This document shows, piece by piece, positions 54,929 through 64,000 of a stretch of 64,000 nucleotides of DNA. Location: NCBI GenBank assembly GCA_951406725.2, contig OX597821.1:17422001-17486000 (forward strand). The letters are read 5' to 3'. The notes under the pieces were generated by a model, which worked only from the letters and a program-made list of their open reading frames with translations, did no database searches and was not told the DNA's origin. Both the position numbers and the translations under genes were made by a program. Each line of letters begins with the position of its first letter. The stretch's first letter is position 1. The DNA comes from Octopus vulgaris (lineage: Eukaryota).

Positions 54929-55554
54929 ATTTACATTATTTACATTCAACGGATATTTATCCTCATCTTATTTGTTGTTAACACAACGTTTCGGCTGATA
55001 TACCCTCCAACCTTCTTCAGGGGAAATTTCGGACCTGGGTTCTCATTCTTAGGGTACTTTTTGATGCTTGTAATCGAACTCAGAATCTTGGTGTTATTAG
55101 CCCTCGCTCTTAGTAAATTCTCTGCTTTCTAGCCTGTATCTTCACATTCCACGAGAAGGTTTTTTATAACTGTCGATCTTCTGAGCCATATGCCCGTGGG
55201 CAATTAGGGAGTGAATTTTAGGGCTAATAAATCTAATATTTTTCTATCCTTCCTTAATACCGGTTCCCATATGCTGCTCATATCTGCACTCGGTCTGCTT
55301 AGGAGTTTATTGTGTCCTAACATACGTGCTGCTTCTTTTAGTTTCGTATTTGCCACTGGTGTACTTTGTCTATTATTTTAACTTCATCCCACAGGAGGAA
55401 GTGGTCTCCATTTTTCTATACATAATCAGCAATACCCGATTTATCAATATCTCCTCGTTTCACAGCTTTGCGATGAGGACAAATATCCGTTGAATGTAAA
55501 TAGTGTAAATAAGGTAAATAATGCACATAATTCCTCATCTCAAATATAGAACTG
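54929..55554. mobile_element. Penelope-like element, second copy of the 39593 family
   Basis: Inverted arms, a tail on the right arm only, and a perfect 14-bp flanking duplication TATTCCTAAACACT (54915-54928, 55555-55568). Hammerhead core at 54980-55020 on the minus strand. Confidence 0.85.
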
Positions 55555-55825
55555 TATTCCTAAACACTGCTCGACATTGATATTGCTGAATATATGTACT
55601 TGCAAGCAACTTTCAGATGCAAGTGCTACCAATTGAAAGCTCCGCATACCGTGTGCTAACAAGTTTTTTGGGTAACCAGGAGAGAATGCGCACCATTTAG
55701 AGGCCTTTCTCCCGGCAGCAACACTGCGCACTAGACCCACTGACTGAAATGAGGCCCCACTTGCAAAATCAACTGGTTATTAGGTTTCGTTCAAGTCATT
55801 GTTCATCGTTTCTTTTTAACCAAAT

Positions 55826-55920
55826 CCAGTGGCTTGCCCCGCACCCAGTGACTTGCCCCCCACCCAGTGGCTTGCCCACCACCTAGTGGCTTGCCCCCAA
55901 CCAATGGCTTGCCCCAAACT
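55826..55920. repeat. Tandem repeat of about 19 bp x5 (ccagtggcttgcccc..ac)
   Basis: Visible. Confidence 0.85.
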
Positions 55921-55954
55921 GGTTTGCCTTCTCCACTGTAGTTTGGCTATCGCT

Positions 55955-56150
55955 CATGATGATATTTGCTCTGTGTCCAACGAATCCTCTACATCCGACT
56001 TCGATTAGTAAATTCTCTGCTTTCTAGCCTGTGTCTTCACATTCCACCAGAAGGTTTTTTATAACTGTCGATCTTCTGAGCCCGAGCGGCGTCCATGTTA
56101 TCTTCATGAGGAACCGTTCACTCGACTAGATTTACTACTTTCTTTATTTT
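55955..56150 (-). pseudogene. Hero/NeSL-like LINE restriction-like endonuclease C-terminal fragment
   Basis: LVE*TVPHEDNMDAARAQK..Y..L..ECEDTG*....IEVGCRGFVG, matching the ELTVPWE and EVGCRGF motifs. Confidence 0.7.
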
Positions 56151-56151
56151 A

Positions 56152-56575
56152 CACCATATGATAATAACCGGTTTCTTCGTAACTTTTTATATATTGGTTT
56201 GGCTTAAATAATCCATCTTGCGATTTTTTTTCCTGCATTCTAATCACATGTCCGTAGTACCGGAGTTGTGTCTTCTCAATGCTGTGGGATGACTTTCTTA
56301 AAAGAACCAATGTCTCAGTCTTCGCAACAATAATTCTCATCCCTGCTTTCCAGCAACCGGCTGGAAAACCACACAGTGCATTGAGCGGACAAAGCTCCGG
56401 AATAATGGACATATTATTTGAATATCGTGAGAAAGAATCTCAAGACTGATTCTTCTAGACGATCCAACTGGCAGCAGACCTAGAGGTAGACCAAGAATGA
56501 GATGACTGGATAATAGTCATAGCCTTAGTTTGTCACGCTTGAAATCCAGCCCGGAAACTGTAATGATGGCAGCTA
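56152..56575. mobile_element. RTE-clade LINE fragments in opposite orientations
   Basis: Minus strand: AGMRI..AKTETLV and QLRYYGHVIRM. Plus strand: GHII...GSRPRGRPRMR*LD. Confidence 0.65.
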
Positions 56576-56577
56576 CT

Positions 56578-57216
56578 GTAATTATTGAGCCACTGGGATA
56601 TGTAACACATTGCCTAAATACCAATCTTGAGAAATTAGGTTTCTCACAACCAGAAAGGAGAATGCTGATTCGAAGACTACAGATCCAATCTATTACTAGA
56701 ACTGTAAAAATCTGTAAAACTTTCTAGAAGTTTATCATTTAAGTATGTATAAGCATGTCTAGGTATGCAAGTATATGCATGAGAATACATACATAAAACA
56801 AAAACACACAAATCTGCATGTATACATGCATACATACAAAATACTCTGTTGTTGTTGAAATTCCAAAGGAGGAGACATGGATCTAGATTAAAAACCGGTT
56901 CTTTCTCTATTGGTAAGAAATATCGAAATAAAACTATATAATGATATACATACATACATACATACATGCACACATAAAAACATACATACATACATGCATA
57001 CATACATACATACATACATGCATGCATACATACATGCGTGCATGCATATACATACATACATACATGCACACATAAAAACACACATGCATACATACATACA
57101 TACATGCATGCATACATACATGCGTGCATGCATGCATGCATACATACATACATACATACATACATACATACATACATACATACATACATACATACATACA
57201 TACATACATACTTACA
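56578..57216 (+). mobile_element. 3' fragment of the R4/Dong-like LINE with a long (CATA/CATG)n tail
   Basis: LGYVTHCLNTNLEKLGFSQPERRMLIRRLQIQSITRTVKICKTF*, then UTR, AATAAAACT and (CATA)n. Confidence 0.82.
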
Positions 57217-59081
57217 TAGCAAGTAGGAGCATTGGAGGAAACTGGCTTCAATGTAGCTGAACTACAAGAAAGCTTTTGACTATGGATGTTAAAAGCCCTT
57301 CAACTTACTAAAGTTCCAGAGAGCATAGCCAAAACTCATAGCTGACCTATCTTCATCGCAGGCACCATCTTGAAGTTAAATACAAGGAGTGATTGCATAG
57401 ACACCGGTCACATACAGTACTTCAGATGTATATTCCAAGGGACGGTCTGTCTGTGATGCTGTTCATAGTTTCAGTAAACCCCCGTCATTTATGTTGAGGA
57501 AATCTGAAAAGTATCTCAGTGGTTCACAAAGAGACAAAAGATAACAAACTTACACGCTGCTTCTTTGTGGGCGAATTGAAACAGTATGCCAAGATAATGC
57601 ATGAGATGAAAAAGAGCCTGGTTACAACATTTTCAAAGGATATAAAGTTGGAATTTGATCAGTATAACGTTGCTCTATGGTTGTGAAATGAGGGAGGATT
57701 ATAAACCAGACTAGCAGCATTTCCATTAATGACTTAACTTTTTCTCCTACATCTGATAAGAAATGTTACAAGTACCGATGAGTGGATGGAAACATGACTT
57801 ACGATGGTTCCTATAACAAGGCACGTATCACTAAAGAATATTATAGCCAGATAAGGAAGATATGAACCTTGGAACTTTCTACATTCAATAGAACAGTGGC
57901 CCACAAGGTGTTTGCAGTACCAGTACTCATACCAAATTTTGGGGCTACTTAATTAGACGCTTGGTGAGATCCGAGCCGTTGGTGTGAAGACCCAGAAGAC
58001 ACTGAGCAACACAACTAACTTTCACATCAATAGCGATGTAAACCCCCTCTACTTAAAACGAAAACAAAGAAGCAGAGGCTCAATATCGCTCTAGACTGCC
58101 TTTAAATGTCATATATCCCCTCTGCAATGTCTTTTAATCACCAAGTGTCGAAGTGCATCCCTTGGCTAAGTTTACGTATGCGAGGCAGATAAAAGCATAA
58201 GACTTGAAAAGCAAGTCCGCGAACAACATTCTTTGCCTGGTAACCCTGAATACATACCCAAAAGAGTTGCACGACTCTATTGCAATGTATCATCTGATGA
58301 AAGGATGAATGTATATCAGCAGAAGACCCGTAAATGGATAGTAACGTTGATAATCAAAGCAGTCTAGACCCACTTTGAAGGGTATGCGTTCGCAATCAAG
58401 AACAGGAAATAACAACCAAAAACCTGATGCACAAAAAGGACAAAGACGCAGGAAAACCGCAAAAATGTGATAACTGATGCAGTTTTTGTGGAGTTAAAAC
58501 ACTGAAGATATCATCCACATCATAAGCAGTTGTCCAAAATTGTCACTGCGGTATTATCTACGGATGACACATGATGTAGCCAAGATAATGTATAATGAGA
58601 AGCGTCAGAATGATAATCCTAAAACCAAAGAGATAAGAACCCAGAGTATGGTAGAGGCCATAGCTACTCATAATATGAAAGTATACCAGTAGACTAGCCC
58701 AGTGAAAACGTCAATATAATGTAAATATAATAGACCGGACATAATGATTTGAGACAGATAGAGAAGCTATGAACAGCAGTGGGAATCAGCTGCCCAGCGG
58801 ATGTCATCTTAAGGCAAAACATGATGAAAAAGAAAACGCCTCCACTGAACTCTCTTTTACTCTTTACTCTTTTACTCTTTTACTTGTTTCAGTCATTTGA
58901 CTGCGGCCATGCTGGAGCACCGCCTTTAGTCGAGCAAATCGACCCCGGGACTTATTCTTTGTAAGCCCAGTACTTATTCTATCGGTCTCTTTCGCCGAAC
59001 CGCTAAGTGACGGGGACGTAAACACACCAGCATCGGTTGTCAAACAATGCTAGAGGGACAAAGACAGACACACAAACATAT

Positions 59082-59159
<78 letters not shown>

Positions 59160-59783
59160 GACAGGCTTCTTTCAGTTTCCGTCTACCAAATCCACTCACA
59201 AGGCTTTGGTCGACCCGAGGTTATAGCAGAAGACACTTGCCCAAGATGCCACGCAGTGGGACTGAACCCGGAACCATGTGGTTGATTAGCAAGCTACTTA
59301 CCACACAGCCACTCCTGCGCCTATGAGAAATTTACAGTTACTCTACTCGGATTAGAAGTTCAGGTTTATACCTGTATTTATAAGAGCACTGGGATGTGTA
59401 ACAAACTGCCTAAATACCAATCTTGAGAAATTAGGCTTCTCAAAACTAGAAAGGAGGAAACTAGTTCGAAGATTACAGATGCAAGCCATCAATGGAAATT
59501 TTTAAATTTGTAAAATTTTGCAAAAGTTTATCATTTAAGTATATTTGCGCATGTCTAGACATGCAACTATACGCATTAGAATATATACATAAAGCAAAAC
59601 ATACAAATCTGCGCGTGCACTGATTCCCAAATACTGCATATGTACATACAAACATGCACAAGTGCTTTGTTGATGTTGAAATTTCAATGAAAGTGCATAG
59701 GTTAGAAACTGGCTCTTTCTCTATTGGCAAGAAATATTGAAATAAAACTGAACATACATACATACATACATACATACATACAT

Positions 59784-59816
<33 letters not shown>

Positions 59817-59825
59817 TACATACAT

Positions 59826-59858
<33 letters not shown>

Positions 59859-59951
59859 TACATACATACATACATACATACATACATACATACATACATA
59901 CATACATACATACATACATACATACATACATACATACATACATACATACAT
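57217..59951 (+). mobile_element. 5'-truncated decayed RLE-type LINE (R4/Dong-like), interrupted by SINE A
   Basis: RT motifs YKKAFD, IFQGD.LS..LF, FFVGELKQYA (YxDD decayed), FSKDI, KEYYSQIRKI and LYLKRK..RGL. CCHC finger C.FCG...EDIIHIISSCP, then HD and NRPDI. (CATA)n tail at 59752-59951. Confidence 0.88.
58849..59322 (-). mobile_element. SINE family A inserted in the LINE
   Basis: Near-consensus reverse copy. Confidence 0.93.
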
Positions 59952-60094
59952 AATGGATTGCTGCCGTAAGAGTTACTTGTGTTAAGAAGATGCTACGGTC
60001 AAGATGTTGATGAAATTCAGTGAAGCTGAGAAGGCTGCATACTGGCAAATTTATAATCCATGGAATAAATGACAGAAGAAATATATTTTGATTA

Positions 60095-61397
60095 CGGGGG
60101 GTCAGCTGTAAAGTTTATATGGTGACCAAAATACTCTCATGGAACGTGACCAAATGAGGTTTATTTTTCAACATGGTCCGCTTTTGCAGTCCACACACTT
60201 CTTCCATCAGTGTTGCAGTGCTTGGATCCCAATGGTGAAAAAGCTTTTATACTGTTGGTCAAAAAAGTCACCAATAGATATCACTCATCATCACTGCGAC
60301 ATTGATTCCCAGCTAAGTACTTTTTCATGTTAGGGAACAGTTGATATACAGATGTGACCAAATCAGGAGTACAGAAAGGGCGATTAATCAAAGCTACAGT
60401 CACGCACAACAGCCATTGAAGCCAAGGGCTTGTGTGCTGGAGCATTGTCCTGATGAAAGAAGACCCCTTTCGTCCTTTTTCTCAGGCGTATGTTCTTGAT
60501 AGCCTTTCGTAACTACCTCAGTAAGTTGGCATAGTATTCTTCATTGACAGCATGGTCCTTTTGAAAACAGTCAATAGACACTATGCTTTTTCTAGCCTTA
60601 AAAACTGCGGTCATCACAATTCCGTGCAGATGAAACGACGTTGGCTTTGCTTGGAGCAGGTGAGGAGGGGAGTTTTTTCTGCATGGATTGTCGCTTTGTC
60701 TCTGGCTCGAAGTGATGAACCCAACACACATCCTCGGTTACGAAACGTTCAAGGAAACCAGCTGGATCTACCTTAAATAATGTCAGATTCCCCCGTGATA
60801 TTATCAGCCTGATACACTTTTGATCAAGTATCAGAAGATGTGGCACTCACCAAGCGGAAACCTTTGTCATGTCAAGTTCTTTGTACAGAATATTCTCAAC
60901 TATGTCGCGGGATATAATAATAGTACAGGCTATACGATAGAAAGTCAATCGCCCGTCATATTTCATTATGTGGTAAAAACGATCAATGTTTTCCTATGGT
61001 GGCAGTTGTTTGACGTTCAGACGTTGGGTCATCTTCAAGAATCTGTCTTCCCTTCCTAAATTCAGTTGTCCACTTTTCACTGTGGATAAGGCTGGCGCGT
61101 CATTTCCTAATGTAACAACCATGTCAGCATAAATGTCCTTGAGGCCTAAACCTTTTTCCTGCAGGTATTGATAAATCCCACGGTGCCAAATTATGTTCAT
61201 TTTCAAGAGAAGTCGCTACTAGTTACATCTAAAGTTTTTTTGAGCAGTCAGGTGTTTATTTACCTGGAAAAATACAACAGTTATTAATAAGTTACAACAG
61301 TTATTAATAAGAAGGGCTGAGATTGGTACATGCTAGATTTCACCGCTCTAGCATCAATCCTTCATAGTCAGCCTATAAACTTTTTAGCCACCCTCTT
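60095..61397 (-). mobile_element. Near full-length decayed mariner (irritans-like)
   Basis: Degenerate TIRs with TA flanks, about 1.3 kb. Transposase pieces: YLQEKGLGLKDIYADMVVTLG..APALSTVK, FVTEDVCWVHHFEPETKRQS, NEEYYANLL, HQDNAPAH. Confidence 0.88.
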
Positions 61398-61409
61398 AGA
61401 TTGAAATTT

Positions 61410-61632
61410 GGGCGGAGTTTTGGAATAGCTGTCTCTCGAAATTCCATAACTGCTGGGAAAGGAAAAAGGATAACTTTTTCATTTCTTCATTATTCCTGTA
61501 CTTCATACAACGGAAATTACTATTCTGACAAAAAAAAAAAAAAGACAATTTTCACTTTACGTACTTCCGTACGCTATTCTTTTCTCCGTGAGATATGGGA
61601 CTTCAAGTGACAGCTATTCCTAAACGTCGCCC
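61410..61632. mobile_element. MITE with imperfect TIRs of about 35 bp
   Basis: GGGCGGAGTTTTGGAATAGCTGTCTCTCGAAATTCCATA / TATGGGACTTCAAGTGACAGCTATTCCTAAACGTCGCCC. Confidence 0.65.
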
Positions 61633-62980
61633 TTGTTTCCTTACATCAACGATAGTTTGGGGTAGATAAATGAGTGAAAACTGTTGCTAAAGACCTAGGA
61701 AGCTTTAATTTCGCATCGAGAGTAATAGTAAATACGTGGGAATATGAGTTTGTTTATTTTTATATTTAATCAATGTATGTACGCAAACTCATTGTTACAC
61801 ACACTCAATTACTCTTACTACTTATAGAATGATGTTTTCTATAATTCGATGTTTTTATCAAAATAGTGACGGGCCCCTATCATTGACACCCTGTCTCGAA
61901 TTGGCACAGATTTATTATATATTTCACCTAACAGCTCGTCAATATAACCTCTTTATTTTTACTTCGATTTCATCCAAAATTCCATTGACGAGTTTTCTTT
62001 CCAGGAGACAGAAATCAATTGGTTGACTGTCTCACACACACAAACACAGAGGCATCGAAGATAATTCGGTATTGCTTATTGTTTGTAGCTATTTTATCAT
62101 GTGTTGCCAATGTTCTTTAGAAAGGTATCAGTATCCATATCTACATTCTGTAAAAAAAAAAAAAAGCAAATCTTTTAGTTTAATTTTTGTTTTTTGCTAT
62201 ATAAATACATAACGCAGAATTTTTTTTTTTTCGTAAAAAATTGTCAATATATATTTTTGAAGATCTAAAAGTCTAATGAGATCGACTAACGTATGTAAAA
62301 TAGTGACATTAAGCTATATTTTAACTTTATTCGGGAAATAAAAACGAAATAAGTGTTCAAAACAAAAAATAATTATTCTTATAGGCTCGAACCTCCACTA
62401 CTAAATCTTCCGTGTGTTTTTAACTACGTTAACATATTTCAATAAAATATAACCATATCCCCGTAAAACAAACTAGATAAATCAATCATCGATTGCTTTT
62501 TTTTAAATAAAAATACAAATCCATGTAAAACTAAAATATCCTTTCCTTCGGATAATCTAATGGATGGTAAATGAAAGACTGGAATAATTTTTCAATGGGG
62601 ACTTTGAAATCTGCTCACCGAAGTGAATCACATGATATCCAATATGGAAGGTGGGCGGTAGATACTCTGCACCAAGTCAGATCTATTTTCTATGTATTTA
62701 AGAATCTACAAACGGTTAGCTATTTCTTTTTATTTTATTCCGACTCCCACCTAATTCTCGATTGACCCTTAGTATAATTTTTTTTGTGTGATTGTCCTTT
62801 GTCCCTTTTTTTTTTAAATTTATGAACTGCTAAATAAACATTTCTCCTTCCTCACTCACAGCCACCGATCTTTTCTCTCTAACAACAACAACCTGTGAAT
62901 GTCTTTCTGTATGACAACACCTACTATTTTGTTTTGCATAATCGTTGATCATTCATTCATACACCACACACATTATATAC

Positions 62981-63032
<52 letters not shown>

Positions 63033-63033
<1 letters not shown>

Positions 63034-63338
63034 ATAATAAAGGGTGAAATTAATTAATTTGGAATAATCATTAATTTCACCAAGTAGAGTTCGGCATGTA
63101 AAAGCCCCATTCAAGGAATGTTTAAGTAATACTAAGTAATTAAGGGTTTAGCAACGATTTGCCTCACCACACACCGAATTTAGAAATAGCAGTCAAAGAG
63201 TTTTGGCTATTCTTTCTACTTAAAAGTTTTGGCTATTCTTTCTACTTTTAAGTAGAAAGAATAGCCAAAACTCTTTGACTGCTATTTCTAAATTCGGTGT
63301 GTGGTGAGGCAAATCGTTGCTAAACCCTTAATTACTTA

Positions 63339-63341
<3 letters not shown>
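63033..63341. mobile_element. Palindromic short copy of the 36281 Penelope-like family
   Basis: Same start (aataataaagggtgaaattaatt) and same inverted end (cccttaattacttagta) as 36281-37393. (TA)n on both sides. Confidence 0.85.
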
Positions 63342-63385
<44 letters not shown>

Positions 63386-63911
63386 ACACACATGTATACG
63401 CGAGTTTATTTTCCCCTTTTCTGTTTTCTTCAACTAATATACGTTTTAAACATCCTCCAGTTGTAGACAAATAGTTTTCTCTTTCTCTTTTTTTTAAACC
63501 TTAGTTATTGATTTCTTACATGATGTGCTCCGTTCTGTTCATTCTGTTATTATTGCAGTTGTTATCTCCTCTCTCTCCTAACATGTTTAGTAACATTACT
63601 GTTGTATGTTTACGTACCGCTGTTAGAATACTTCCATCAGAATAACTAACTTATTTATTTACTTTGTTGGTATTAACAGACAATAATTATATTTATACGT
63701 AAACTATAGAAACCTATCATTAAAAAGAAGATATTAATTCATATCCAGAAAGCGATACATTTACTGACACGTACTAAAATGTTGATGTTTATTTGAGAGG
63801 AGGCGTGGCATATCACCTGCTCTCCTCTTTCATATATTAAATATATTTACTATGAAAAAAATTCTTTGGAATTCATTTGCCAGTATTATTTAGCATAATG
63901 GCTTGCACGGG

Positions 63912-63951
<40 letters not shown>

Positions 63952-64000
63952 CAGTGAGTCTTCGTCTTTCGGCCATGGTCTCGATTTAGCACGTTCACTT

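Overview
AT-rich eukaryotic DNA, almost entirely repeats. It is probably an octopus/cephalopod intron or intergenic region; this is inferred from the tRNA-derived SINE families and the very high microsatellite density, not from a database match. I can support no intact host protein-coding gene, tRNA or rRNA. Nearly all ORFs in the track are translations of microsatellites or of SINE copies. The window holds: (i) at least four tRNA-headed SINE families, here labelled A, B, C and E, in more than 30 copies; (ii) decayed LINEs of Tx1/L1-like, R4/Dong-like, Hero-like, RTE and CR1 type; (iii) three decayed mariners, several hAT/Tigger MITEs, and Helitron remnants including a tandem array and a Pif1 helicase fragment; (iv) several unrelated non-coding inverted-repeat elements with Penelope-like architecture that carry type I hammerhead-ribozyme motifs, two with a CCGANGA core instead of CUGANGA. 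The most unusual signals are these ribozyme elements, SINE-B multimers (one head, 2-3 tandem bodies, a palindromic junction and a single TSD), two locally templated insertions (one at a predicted ribozyme cleavage site) and a five-layer nested insertion. Boundaries were read by eye and are approximate to a few bases unless a TSD or TIR is quoted.
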